A stretch of 64,000 bases of DNA, taken from assembly GCA_951406725.2 (NCBI GenBank), contig OX597815.1:28644001-28708000 (forward strand), in the 5' to 3' direction. How positions within the stretch are numbered: the first letter of the stretch is position 1; every line of letters begins with the position of its first letter. Positions 40,071 through 54,152 of the stretch are shown piece by piece. The translations under genes and the position numbers were made by a program. The notes beneath the pieces are model-generated. The model made no database searches, had not been told where the DNA came from, and saw nothing but the letters and a program-made list of their open reading frames with translations. The DNA is from Octopus vulgaris. Lineage: Eukaryota.

Positions 40071-40862
40071 AGAGAGAAAGAGAGACATGGGGTTAACAAT
40101 GGCGTGAGTTGTAGTTAAGCGAATTTTTTTAAATGATGTTATATAGACTGGAATGATATTATTTATTCAAAGCCGAGTCTCCATGAATCGTTTCTTAAGG
40201 TTTTTTATCGAGGTCTTCATTTGACTAGCGTTGTCACTTATATAGATAGCCATACATTAGTTCCGATCAAGTGACTAAGGAAAGAATATTGGCAGGATAA
40301 TTGTTTATACATTTATTTAAGTAAAAAAAAAAATACGTAGGGAAACGGAAGAGCAAAAGAAAAGGAAGAATAAGAAAGCAATAAAACAAAAATTGCGAGA
40401 ACCCAAAAGGATGAAAATGAATTAAAATCAGTAAGAAAATAAAGAAAAAGATTATAGAAAAACAAGGAGAAAAAAACAGAGAACAGAACATCGGAGGAAA
40501 AAAATTATAGAGGCTTAGAAAAAAAGATAAAGTAAAAGAAGCAAGTAAGAGCGGAGTGTCATTATTCCGAAAGAATTTCGGAAATGTTCAAATAGGTGAC
40601 ATTTTATACGGTTGCGAATACGTCTGCGTAAATGTGCGAGCAGGCATATTTGTAGATGTATACGTCTGACCTGTTTCACCTATGGCTCGAGAAAAGAATA
40701 TAATTTAACGCGTCTTGTTCATTTTCATGGTGGAAAAACTTGTAAAGTTTATAAAATATCCTTTGTTGATTTGATTAACTGGTTTACACTCTAGACGGGA
40801 ACCAGATTTGATCAAATGAAGGGCGATTATGTTGTTCTTCAAGCTTATAGTATATGTATTTT

Positions 40863-41295
40863 GGATCTTTTCGGTTTGAACGGCAGTTTTTAAAAATAGT
40901 TTCCACGTAGCTAAACACTTTTAAACTTCGTATACTGGTAGAATGTGTTTATAAAACATCTTTTTCTTTTGGCTTTATTGAGAAAATTCTATAGTTTGTA
41001 AGATATTTGTTGTTTTTTTTTTCTTCAATTTCTGTAATTTCAACCAATCGATGACGTCCATTGAGATGAAAACATTCTGTGCCGTATGAATATGTCCCAC
41101 GTTTAAGAAACAGATTGGGTTTATTTACATTTCTGAAGAAAAAAGATACCCTTCCCCCACCCCTAACCCTAGCCCTAACTAACCGTAACCCTAAAACAGA
41201 TTGAAATGCAATAGATCGATACTAGGGTCATAATTATGGGTGACAATTTCATATGACACCGCTAGAAAAAACTGCCGTTCAAACCAAAAAGATCA
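40863..41295. mobile_element. MITE with GG-start TIRs and 8-bp TSD (Merlin-like), with internal CCCTAA repeats
   Basis: ~28-bp TIR ggatcttttcggtttgaacggcagtttt. TSD tgtatttt at 40855-40862 and 41296-41303. Confidence 0.8.
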
Positions 41296-41374
41296 TGTAT
41301 TTTCAAAGTTAGCGTGTGTATATTAAGGAACCTCCTACAAGCACATGCACTCAGAAAAACGACATGCACACTTC

Positions 41375-41692
41375 ATCATCATCATCATTGTTCGACCGTG
41401 GTCGAGACAATGGAATTTACCATGCTACGCCAGACTTCACGGTCCATCATGGCATTACGGAGGTCCTGTTGCTGGATGCCTGTATCCCTGGAGATTACAT
41501 CAGGGTAGGAGAGTGTGCGCCCTCTGGTATTGCGAGTAGATGGCTTCCAGAGGAGCAGAGTAGAAATTACTTCTTTTTCAGCTCTACAACAATGTCCAGC
41601 AAACTGGACTCTCCTACTTTTCACAAGAGATGACACAGGTGGTAGTTTCCCATATATTTGCATTTTGGTTGGATGGTGCTTCCACGAGAGAT
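41375..41692 (-). mobile_element. 5'-truncated RTE-group LINE 3' end with (TGA)n tail
   Basis: LSWKHHPTKMQIYGKLPPVSSLVKSRRVQFAGHCCR...LLLWKP...RGR..SYPDVISRDTG..DREVWR followed by tgatgatga. Confidence 0.8.
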
Positions 41693-42514
41693 TTACACAC
41701 ACACACACATGTGCGCACACACGTACGAACACTCACAGACGCGCGCACACACACATTTATAGATACATATAACATACGAATATATAGATCAAGACAAATA
41801 TGTATAAACATGTTTTATCGTATTCATACATATTCATCTCCATACAGGCACACACTCACACACATATGTATACGTGAGTATATATACTCATGTATACATA
41901 AATGCACACTCACACATACACGCACACGCATTTATAGATACATTCATTTGATGCAACATTTGCTCACATATACACGTATTGATATAGACATATATAGATT
42001 CATACATATTCATAAATACATTTATTAACATACATATACGTATAATAAAGATTGTTTGGCAACATAACATGGCAGTCCTGGTTTAGGACTAATGTTGCTG
42101 TAATTTAGCCCCAGGAGACATCGTCTCCAGCAAGCTATACGACACTATCTGTGTCCTTATATTTTCGAACAAGGAAATCTAGCACCCCCTTTCATAATAA
42201 ATTCATAATACACACATGTAAATCTGTACAACTTCAGACACAGATTCAAAACAATATTATGAGTTTATTATATTTACATTATTATTATTAATACTAATAA
42301 TTATATACATATGTTTATGATAACCAGTTGATCTAGCAAGCGGGGCCTCATATCAGTGAGGGGGGCCGGTGCGCATTGATGCCGTCGAGAGGTAGGCCCC
42401 GAAACGGCGCGCATTCTCTCCTGATGACCCCATACACTTGCTGGCTTCCGGTATGCGGAGTTTTTGACTGGTAGCCCTTGCATGTGCAAGTTGTTGGCAA
42501 GACATTATTAATAT

Positions 42515-42559
<45 letters not shown>

Positions 42560-43146
42560 CATATATTTCCCATATTGTAATGAAACACTTGTAACACAGT
42601 ATTAAAATGGTACCACATACTCTAGGCACATATATATATATATGTGTGTGTGCTTGCGTGTATGTGTGCTTGTGTGTGCTTGTGTGTGTGTGTGTGTATG
42701 TGTGCGCGTGTGTGCTTGAGTGTGTGTGTATGTGTGTGTGTGCACGCGCGTCTATGTATATGTATATATGTGTTGATAAACATACATACATGCAAATATA
42801 TATTTGTGTGTGATTGAGTGTATGTTTATATTACAAAAGATCCGACCACGACGCTGTCAGTTTTGTTTTAAGTTAGTTCTGAAATAAGAAAACAATTGAA
42901 GCATTACTCGATGCAGAATTTCAACGGAAGTAAATTTATAGTTACGTATGAAGTCTTTCACTCCGACTCTGTTTACTCGACTGGCTCAATTTCTTTATTG
43001 CCAGGGTTAACTAGAAACGAAGCTGTATATTAGAATTAAATATCAACAGTAAGAGTTTGTGCTGTGGCACTCTCTCCTTGCATTAGAGGATAGTTCATAA
43101 ATACATTTAAAAGACTTAGTAGATACATACACACATAAGTATGTAC

Positions 43147-43245
<99 letters not shown>

Positions 43246-43247
43246 TT

Positions 43248-43279
<32 letters not shown>

Positions 43280-43410
43280 TAGATATGTATGTCTGTCTGT
43301 ATGTCTGTCTGTATGTATGTATGTATATATATATATATATATGTATGTATTTATGTATGTATGTATCTATTTATGTAAATATATATCTATCTACATACTT
43401 ACATGTGTGC

Positions 43411-43466
<56 letters not shown>

Positions 43467-44024
43467 ATGTATCTATTTATATATGTATATACGCACACAC
43501 GCGCGTGCGCACATACACATATACATACACTCACGGATAAATCGCGTTAGATTATACTAAACAAGGCAATTGCAGACACCCAACATAAATATGTTAATAC
43601 CCTTATTTAGTCACAAAGTGCAGTTTGCATGTATTGCAGAAAACATTATTACTTTCCCGGGTTTTGTTTTAACGACACCGTCGTCCCCGTTTTTGTTGCT
43701 ATTGTTGTATTTGTTGTTGTTATAGTTGTTGTTATTGTTGTCTAATGGCGTCGTTCTTGTACGTCTACGTTCATTTTTAATTATACGTTTCTAAACACAT
43801 GCTTTGGAGCAATTATATCCACGACACGTAAATATTTCCATTGCACTGAACTTATACTCACAAACACCACGCAGCTTCTTGGGAGATTTGATGTATCGTG
43901 CAGTTGAAATGAATGATTATGTACTCCAATGCTTGCTTGACCTTCTTTTTACGAATAAGTGCTCATATAAGCAAAATAAAATATATCAAAAGGCTATACT
44001 TCAGAATTGCCTGAACTGTGATAA

Positions 44025-44127
44025 CTAAACCAAACTAGAGAACTCAATTCCTTATAGCAAGTTAGACCAAACTATAGAACTCAATTCCTTACAGCAAGCT
44101 AAACCAAACTAAAGAATTAAAGTCCTT
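44025..44127. repeat. 37-bp minisatellite, about 2.8 copies
   Basis: ctaaaccaaactagagaactcaattccttatagcaag repeated in tandem with substitutions. Confidence 0.85.
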
Positions 44128-45011
44128 TCTGCGATCTGGCTGAATCAGTAGGAGGCTAGACGTCTTACATCATATTCAGCACTTCATGTTTTCTCAACGA
44201 TAATGTTTTGTACTTGTCTAAACATTAAATTATTACTGGTTCCAGCCTATTAACTAGCAAGCAAGTATCGTTGAGTCAGATATATAGTCAGAAGGAACCA
44301 TATCTATAAATAAATCTTGAAATGGGGCGTGTTTCTTTTGATTGTTTTAGATTTCCAAACCGCTTTCGATTCATCGTTCATTTGATTCTATATCTAATCG
44401 CTAGTGTCTTCTGCTTTATATTATAGTTTGGTTGAATGGATTACAAAATGGATAATAAACATAGGAGATTTGAATAAGCAACTATGCAATAACACCTGCT
44501 TAGGATTACTAAAATTTTCATGCCCCACTCTTAAACTTTTCCAGCGTTTTCCGAGTTCGTTGACCACAGTCATCGTAGACAGGCTATGTGGTTAAGGAGC
44601 TCGGGCTCAATCCTAGGTAAGTGTTTTCCACAATAGCGCCGACTGGTAAGTGAATTTGGGAAATAGAAACTGAGTGGAACTTCATTGTAATATAATAATA
44701 TATGTTAAATATATGAATATGTGTGCGCGTGTCTTTGTGCCTGTGTTTCTTCCACCCACCACTACTTGACAACCATTGTCGGTCTATGTCTCCATAACTT
44801 AGAGATTCAAGAAAAGAGACTTAAAAAAATGAATACTGGGGTCGATCTGTTTGACTCAAACCCTTCAATGCTGTGTCCCAGCGTGACCACAGTCCATTGA
44901 CTGTTACAATTGAAAAATAAAAAGATATATATTACATAGAAATGTCCTAATGTATAATAATATTCATGAAGAACATATCTGTTAGCAGAGCAGTTTTACA
45001 TGAATGATTAT

Positions 45012-45222
45012 AATTGCTGTTTATTCCAGGCCAGACAAGAAAACGTAGACCTACGATCAAAAGCGTTCCAGTCATGGCTAACCCGTCCTTTCCTAGGGTG
45101 ATGTACATCTATGACTACGTTATATAATATTCCCCCATTCTTTTCGAGACGGTAAGATAGAATTTGAGAGAGAGGTTTGGTTGCTATTTCTAGCAGGTCG
45201 AGCGAACACATAAAGACTCCAC
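45012..45222 (-). mobile_element. Family-E old SINE-like repeat; sibling at about 54612-54815 (+)
   Basis: Shared tagaaatagc..aaat....caaat core, ctggaa(t/c)gc.tttgatc.tag and an aacaac-type tail. Confidence 0.5.
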
Positions 45223-47167
45223 GTTGGCTCGCTAGAAACAACGTCGAATGTTCACAAGCGCCCAGCAAGTTGATTTTGCGACGCAGGCTCAGTTCTTGGT
45301 CGAGCAATTACATTTCACTTAACGTTTGCATCGGCGAGTTCCGATCGTAGTTTGTTTCTGTATAGGACTCAGCTGAAAAAAACAGTAACAGTCTGTAAGA
45401 AGATGAAGAAATCTCTTTGGGATTACAGATAAAAATTTTAAACCTTGCAAGTTTATAGGCTTGTCAGAGAAGATGTGAAATCAGTCACTTGCTTCCTTTA
45501 TAACACGAAGATATTTCTTACGTTGCAAATATCTTCTGACTAACCCATAATTCATATTATATCAATGAACAATAAAAATAATAATAATAATAAAGACACT
45601 GCAGAATGCTCGATGCATGAAACAAATCAAACAGAACAGTGACAATGACCAGAGATATTGATCGGAAACTGAATAACTAAAGTATTCCCTTCATCAGCTG
45701 ACAATCTGATACCTTCATGATCTCGACACCTTAAACCACGGTCTCTACCGCCATGTGTTTAGGTGGGAAACTTGAAATTTTAAATAAATATGGGGTAATA
45801 TCTTGTCTTCAGTTTAGCAAATATTTATAAGGATTTGTAAGGATTTACGTCACCAATATTGAGACAATTGAGAAAGTAGTAATTGCGCACTACGTCATCA
45901 ATATTTAGTTGGCCCTTTAAATTCTTGGTGAGAGAACCGCGTGTCTGATTAAACATGTAAGTGTTAATACTTGTAGTTTTATTATCTTTTAAACAGTTTA
46001 ATTAGCTTTAAACATAGCAAGGTTTATAATAATAGATAATTACAAGTACTTTTATTAGTTCCTATTTAATGAAATTTAATGTTTATATTAGCTACTGGTA
46101 ATTTATTATTATAGCTTGTAGTGGCGATATAGTAATGACTATGTAGTGTTTTATTATTAACTTTGAATGATGAAATAATGTATTTCACTCATAAAAATAT
46201 TAGTTTCAATCGTGTTTTGTTTTGGAGAGATTTTTATTAGGCTTTAACTTTCATTATAGTAGTATCTATAGAAGACTGGTAGGATTATTATTTGTAGGGA
46301 TTTAAATATTAGTCGCAGTTTAGCATATAATTTAGTTATTGCGGTTTATTATTAATACCGATACAATGTACATTGGTTTATATGTCTCTTTGTTGTAGTT
46401 TTATTAAAGTTACTGTTTAATCCCGCCTATATATTGATTGAAATAATGTGGTTATTAAGCGTTTGCTTTTATATTATACTACGGAAGACGGTAGGGATTA
46501 TAATTTTTGTATGACTTAATGGAGTTGTCGCTGTTTAGTTACGTATTTAAGAATAGTTGTAATTAACTTATTGGATTTATTTATCGATACGGTTGTACAT
46601 GGGGTAAATGTGTTTAAAAGTTGTGGTTTCTTTGGTTTGTTTGTTCCCGAACAGCACTTATTTTAGTGCTGTTGACACCGCCGGATTGAATGGTAGTGCT
46701 CAGGTACCGAAACCATAATGATATCTGTGGGGCAGCTGATGATGGAGGTATGTTGGATTGTTGGTATGGTTGTGGAATAATATTATAACACATCCTTTTG
46801 ATACATACATACATATATATGTCTGTGTGTGTATGTATGTATATGTGTATGTGTGTATATATATATATATGTATAAATAGGTGTGTGTGTGTAAGCGTGC
46901 GCGTGTATCTTGATAGCCAAGTGTATTTTATACTATGGCTAGAGAGTCTATTTTAAAGGTATATATAAATATATACATATAAATATATAGACACGTACAC
47001 ACGCACACACACATACTTGCATACATACAATATATATATATGTGTGTGTGTGTCTACAGATATATAGTTGAAATTTACAGGAAAACAAAAGACGAAGATA
47101 GTTGTATAAACGATAAGCAGGTGTATTAGTATATATACATACACGCATACATACACACACATACACA

Positions 47168-47232
<65 letters not shown>

Positions 47233-47693
47233 CGTACACACACGCATACATATATATATATATGCATGTATGTATGCATACATACATACATACATATATA
47301 CATTTTACATTTTTTTGCCACTTTAAATACATATATAACATACTATACATACTTTCGTCCGTGTATACCTATTTCTACATATACCATGCGTGTAAATATG
47401 AGCCGAAAGAATAAAATGTCCCTAAGAATGGGATGTGTGTATCTATAACATTTTATCAATCTTATGGATCGCCTTTTTGTAAATGATATGTTTATGATTT
47501 ATATACTCGTATATTTTTATCTTTTATGTTGGACAGCGATAACTAAATTGATTTAGATCTAAAACGCGACTATTCTTCATGTCAACATTCTTCATTTTTT
47601 TTTTCACCAATTTTTGTTCTTTGTATTGTCGTATTTCTTTCGCTTTTCTCTCTTTCCTTTGTTGTGAGTATGATGTATATACTCATACGCGCG

Positions 47694-47797
<104 letters not shown>

Positions 47798-47921
47798 TAT
47801 ATGTATATATACATATATACATAAATATATATGTATGTATATACATATATACATAGATTTATACTCCTATGTATATAAATATATACATTTGTTGATAGAT
47901 AGACAGACAGATAGATAAATC

Positions 47922-48004
<83 letters not shown>

Positions 48005-48526
48005 ATGTATAATTATATAATATACATACGCACATACATATACATGCATATATGTATATACATATATGCATATATGTATATACACATATAAACACACGAC
48101 GACACACATACAATAGATATTGTTTCTCATATCTAAATATATCTTGATTTAAGTCAAGTTATCTGATACATTGTATTATTTTCGTTATTCACATTACATT
48201 GTATTAAAAAGCGATAATTTACAGGCGTGATTCAGCCTCGAACACCGATGAAAACATAAATGAGTAGGGCCCCCACTGTACATGTCTGCGTACATTCGTG
48301 GCCATTTATTATTTCTCTCTTGTAGTCACGAATGAACATTGCGAAATTCAAAAGTGCCTATTTGGCGTTGACAAGTATGATTGATATATTATTATGGTTA
48401 AGGGCGATCGAAATAATAGCTAAAATATCCGTAAAATATCATCCTGCCATCCTAAAATAAAAGAGAACATTATATATCATATAACAAAGACGCACACACA
48501 TACGTTTTATATATATACATATACAA

Positions 48527-48722
48527 ACATCGCCATGATAGATCGTTAGCCACTACACACATTTTTTTTCTCTCCTTGTTTTTTCTGTATACCTTTCTGT
48601 AGAAGAGCGTAGGCTCGAAACGTAAAAGACTTTTTTCTATTCCTGAGCGTTATACTAATACATCTGTTTGTTTTGTACACCACCTGTCTTCGTCTTTTGT
48701 TTTTTTCGTAAGCTCTCCCTAT
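48527..48722 (+). mobile_element. Second short Penelope-like terminal-repeat family with a CTGTNGA hammerhead-like motif; sibling at 62675-62852
   Basis: The two copies align (catgatagatcg.tagccactacaca...gaagagcgtaggctcgaaacgt...gagcgttatactaatacatctgtttgtt...ctccc). Both are flanked by TA-rich microsatellite. Confidence 0.6.
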
Positions 48723-49782
48723 ATATATATATCATATGTATATATATGTATATATAAATGTATGTATATATATATATATGTATACATATATATATGTATG
48801 CATGTATTATGTATGTATACACGTATAAAAATTTATTTATATGTGTATATATGTTCACTTTCTTTTTTTAATTTTAGAGTAAATTTTGACCGGCCACCTG
48901 CTTGGTAGGTAGGTTGTGAAAGAAAGTATCTTGTTTTGATAATCTTACTGTAAATCTTAAGAACGTCTTTCAGATCCTTATAATCCCAGATACCATGAAT
49001 TTGCACTTTCTGTCCAAATGTATGTATGTATGTATGTATGTATGTATGTATGTATGTATGTATGTATGTATGTATGTATGTATGTATGTATGTATGTATG
49101 TATGTGTGTGTATGTATGTATGTATGTATGTATGTATGTATGTATGTATGCATGCATGTATGTATACTCTCGAATCGAACAATGAGTTCGTGTCCTCCAA
49201 ACCGCATTTGGTGGATAAATATTCTTTATTTGTGGATTAACAAGGCAACCAACGGTTTCATGCGGATAGATCGCCCATAATTTTCAAGCGAACCACTTGG
49301 AAATGTTAGTAATCATCTCTATTTTGGTGACTGAAGATACCCAAGGGTGTTGAATTAAATGCGGTGAAAGGCTAAATCTGCAGTTAACTTAACCCCTTCG
49401 CCAAAATGTATTGCTTTACGCCAAAGTTGAAAACAAAATAACCAATGTGGTTCAAAAGCCGTTTATTTACAAGCAAGGGCTCAAGCCTTCGGGTTAAATC
49501 AGATTTCTGTCACTAAACAATAAAAGCAATAGCATCAAAATTAAAATTATATTCAGGCCAACGAGGGAACTTATATAAAAAAAATGACTGTATTTGTTGC
49601 AGTGGACTTTACGTTCCGAGTTCAAATACCGCATTTCGTCTTTCCATGATCTGTAAAATAAGTATCTCTCATGTAATATTGACAGCGATTCCCTTCCAGA
49701 AATGTCAGTGCATTATACCTATTTCAGAAGTCGTTATTTTATTACAGTATTTGTATGTATGTGGAGTCGCGTGGCTTAGTGG

Positions 49783-50035
49783 TTAGGGTGTCAGCATCAT
49801 GATTGTAAGATTGTGGTTTCGATTCCTGGACCGGGTGACACGTTACGTACTTGAGTAAAACACTTCATTTCACGTTGCTCCAGTCCACTCAGCTGGCAAA
49901 AATGAGTAACGCTGCGATGGACTGGCGTCCCATCCAGCTGGGGAACACATACGCCATAGAAACCCGGAAACTGGGTCTATGAGCCTGGCTAGGCCTTAAA
50001 AGGGCACATTTATATTATTATTATTATTATTATTA
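49783..50035 (+). mobile_element. Family-C-related SINE with a different 3' half and an (ATT)n tail
   Basis: tRNA head gcgtggcttagtggttagg and the shared core ttgctccagtccactcagctg. Confidence 0.75.
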
Positions 50036-50109
50036 TTTTATTTGTATGTATGTATGTATGTATGTATGTATGTATGTATGTATGTATGTATGTATGTATG
50101 TATGTATGT

Positions 50110-50357
50110 ATCTGTCAGGCATGTGGAAGAGAGTGTAATTCGACAGGAGGACTTAAACGACATGTAAAGGTACATGAAGCCCAGTTACAACTACAGCCGG
50201 CTATTACTAGTAAAGGTTTTAGTTGCCAATTCTGTACAAGACATTGTAGATCTTTAGCTGGACTAAAAAGTCACATTCGATCACAGCACCAGTAACAGTT
50301 AAGCTTCGTGCAATGGCCATACTCGATAACAGGGGGCAGCCATCATGTATGTATGTA
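50110..50357 (+). mobile_element. 5'-truncated RTE-type LINE 3' end with two C-terminal C2H2 fingers and an (ATGT)n tail
   Basis: ICQACGRECNSTGGLKRHVKVH...FSCQFCTRHCRSLAGLKSHIRSQHQ*, a short 3' UTR, then atgtatgtatgta. No splice acceptor upstream. Confidence 0.65.
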
Positions 50358-50692
50358 CTTTTGTCCAGAAGCTGGATCTACCTCTACTAATTTCGAGTTC
50401 ATATCCCTTCTACGATAAAATGTACCGGTAATATAGGTTTTCATAATTGTATCGCCTACAAATAACCCTCATCTTCGTCAATTGGCTTCGTTTCTATGTA
50501 AGAAACCACCATTTTCTTTTCTGTCGGTCTTTCCTTTAATTTGCTGTTTTTCCTTCTTTTTCTTTCTGTTCTTGACAATAATTTCCGTCTTTTATTCAGA
50601 TTGTTTTCGTCTTTCGTTTTTATTCATTTAGTTGTTTCTTTACTCCAATATTTCTTGTTTTCTTTAGACTTTCCGTTCTCTATGCCCCTCAC

Positions 50693-50729
<37 letters not shown>

Positions 50730-51451
50730 GTCTTCTTCCTTCCATCTCCTCCTCCTCTCACACTCAATTACATGTTTGTCATACAGTCGGTCTGTTTCTC
50801 TTCATCTTATCAATGAACTTCCTGGAGAAGACAAGACAAAGCAGAGTGATTAGTGAGAAAGGTCTATTCGGTAGCTTCTAGTACATAGCCCTCATCTGTC
50901 CTTAAACAAAGAGATAAGATAGTCACAGGTTCTTGGCTCTTCACAATAGATTACGATTTCCTAATTATACACCTGTATATGTTGCAAAGGTGTTCTTTGC
51001 TTCAATGGTAGATGTTGCTGAAATTAAGGTAATATGTGAAACAGAGAGGCATTCTTGTAGGTACTTACATATGCTCAACCACACTTACACGTACACGCCG
51101 TCACACATACAGACAACAAAATATTAATACACACGCACACGTTCAAATATATACATGAACTTAGCCATGCATATACATGCACGCTGTCTCACATACAGGT
51201 GAGCAAGCGTCAACACACACGTATACTCGACCACATATACACGTTATACATTCAGACATCAACCTGCACGCACACACATTCCTAAAGCAGGGAGAACATA
51301 TATGATATCTACTTAGGTCCTCGTTAACCTCATTATAACAGGTATTTCATCTACAGCAGGCACCTGCCAACCTCATTGTAGTGAGCAATTCCATTATAAT
51401 AGGTCCCTTGAAAAGTAGCAACTCCAGGGAAAATGTATTAGAAGAAGAGCT

Positions 51452-51867
51452 GTTTCTTTTCGGTTTGAACGGCAGTTTTTAACATAATTTCTAGGTAACT
51501 AAAACACTTTTGAACTTCGTATACTGGTAGAATGTGTTTATAAAACATCTTTTTCTTTTGGCTTTATGGAGAACATTCTATAGTTTGTAAGATATTTGTT
51601 GTTTTTTTGTTCAATTTCTGCAATTTCAACCAATCAATTGCGTCCAATGAGGTAAAATCATTCTGTGCCGTATGAATATGTCCCTCGTTTAAGAAACAGA
51701 TTGGGTTTATTTACATTTCTGAAGAAAAAAAGATACCCTTCCCCCCACCCCTAACCCTAACTCTAAAACAGATTGAAATGCAATAGATCGATACTAGGGT
51801 CATAATTATGGGTGACAATTTCATATGACACCGCTAGAAAAAACTGCCGTTCAAACCGAAAAGATCC
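51452..51867. mobile_element. Second copy of the Merlin-like MITE
   Basis: Same TIRs and interior. TSD gaagagct at 51444-51451 and 51868-51875. Confidence 0.8.
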
Positions 51868-53120
51868 GAAGAGCTGGCTTTTTTTTTCTTTAACTTGAAA
51901 ACATGGTAGGATATTGTATTCAGCAATCTTCAACTACTGCTGATTAGACTTGTTGACTTCAGCTGATATAGAATCGATAGTTATAACGTTGATGAATTTC
52001 CAAAATATACTAAATCAACCAACCAACCAATTCGTTGGTGTTAGATTGACCCATTATTTCATAACCAGCGAGTTCTATATTCTTTAGTTTTGTTGCTGCG
52101 ATGTAAATAAGAAAATAATGAATCAGCGCCGGCCACGAATATGCCAGATAGAAGAAATAATGGAATGCGAATCTGAAACATTTTATCTGTGAATCTGGCA
52201 TTGATACATTATTTGCATTCACCACGTTTATGTACCAAACATTACATGATTAATTCTTTCTTTCTTATTTTAGTTGTCAGTAATTATTTATATCCTCTTC
52301 CTGAGTATGTATATACATCTATAAAAATGGTAAGTCTCTGATGTCTGTAAATTAACAGTGATATTCTTACCAAGCAGCGGGATGTGTAATTTTCTCTTTA
52401 TTTCTTATCATTTCGTGAGACAGCATGTCTGTTGAAGTTAGCAGGTATATTTTATTCTATTGACATTAAGACAGGTGAACAATCACATAATTTGTTGTGT
52501 TCACACTGTGCAATAACAACGATAACAACAAAAAACAGCTGTTGCAATAACATTGTCAATATGAAAACTACGTATGTGTAAAACAAAGCAAAAATATACC
52601 GTGTCGAGAAATTGGAGAAAATATATCTAATATTTTTAGGCGAGACTTGTTGAATACAAACAAAAGCCACAGGACACAAAATGAAACTGAGAAGGCTGAT
52701 AGTTGTTATGATAAAAATGTGATTAATAAGTTAGAAAGTCTTATTGTCATATTGTTTGACTTTCTAGGGCCTCCACGTAGCTTGAGTGGTTAACGGGGAT
52801 GGGATATTACACTTACCATGCTGTGTAGGTGGCGCTAGGTGCGGATCGCCGTATCAGCTATCGTAAACGAGGGGGTGGCTGGATGGCAGTAGTGTAGGAA
52901 ACAACAGCAAAAACAATAATTTGAACTAAAAAAAGGTAAAGAAACGCAAGTGAAATTTAAAAAAAAAAGACAAAATACGAAAGTAAAAAACAACAAACGT
53001 TGTAAGGATAAAGAATTTGTAATGATTGGATTACAAAAGTTGTTAATGGAATGTTTTATTTATTGGTGTCAGTATTTCGACTTGGTTTTTCGACCTCACA
53101 ACATCCTATATTAACGAAGA

Positions 53121-53186
<66 letters not shown>

Positions 53187-53562
53187 GTGGTGTGTGTGTG
53201 TGTGAAGATAATCTAGGGAAATCTCATGTGGATACGATTGTGTGTGATGTAGAGAAAGGTTACCGATGCGAATGCCATTGCAAGCATAGAATTCCCTTGA
53301 TAATTAAATCGTTCTCATTAAGGTTTCTCGTTAAATTATAAACACTCATTAAGATTTCTCGTTAAATTATAAACAATGTTCATATAGCTTGTTCTGACAA
53401 ATTTAATTTGTGGGTTAACTCTATCCCCTGGTTTCAGTGATAAGAATAATCTCCTATCCACATACACGAACCACACACTGATCTTCCAAATACCCTCGCC
53501 GTTCTTCTAACTTCTTAAGTTTACTTTGCTATCTAAATCTCTGGTCCAACTGATCACTACCT

Positions 53563-53792
53563 ATTTCTTTACTACCCACAAAGGGCTAAACACAGAGAGG
53601 ACAAACAAGGACAGACAAACAGAATAAGCCGATTATATTGACCCCAGTGCGTAACTGGTACTTATTTAATCGACCCCGAAAGGATGAAAGGCAAAGTCGA
53701 CCTCGGCAGAATTTGAACTCAGAACGTAACAGCGGACGAAATACCGCAAAGTATTTTGCCCGGCGTGCTAACGTTTCTGCCAGCTCGCTGCC
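53563..53792 (-). mobile_element. Family-A SINE
   Basis: TSD ctgatcactacct at 53550-53562 and 53796-53808. Confidence 0.9.
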
Positions 53793-54152
53793 CGTCTGAT
53801 CACTACCTACCAAAGCAGTTCATAGCAGCCAAATCTTCCTAAGAGTTTGTTAATGAGTGGACGCACTCGATAATGACATCTGAAATATAGCATCTGTAAA
53901 AAAAATGGTTACAGGAAGTTTTTGATCATAGGTCCCCTTGATCAAAGCTCAGAGTGCACACTAGCAAATGCGGAAGAACAATAACTCTATCGCTCCGACC
54001 AAGCCCATCTTGCAACACCCATTGCCATGCAAAGCTAGAATGGACAGTGGTTCGAAAACAATATACACGGATTGCCATACTGCACTCCGTATGATAAACC
54101 ACTTCATGTCTGAGTGTACGATGTACATGGGATATTTGGACCAAAAGATATA

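Noticed and set aside
42381-42431. Canonical hammerhead ribozyme
   Set aside because: The strand order is permuted and stem II would need to pair cccc with cccc. Kept only as a structured-island finding.
46190-46620. Two diverged ~220-bp tandem units; also a 31-bp doublet at about 53313-53374
   Set aside because: Old local duplications with no coding or structural signal.
50050-50295. Host C2H2 zinc-finger gene exon
   Set aside because: No acceptor and no TGEKP linker. The short UTR plus tandem-repeat tail indicates a LINE 3' end.
52029-52428. Two exon-like minus-strand segments (MLSHEMIRNKEKITHPAA and FAFHYFFYLAYSWPALIHYF...)
   Set aside because: Joining them creates TGA at the junction. 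No further compatible exons or recognisable homology.
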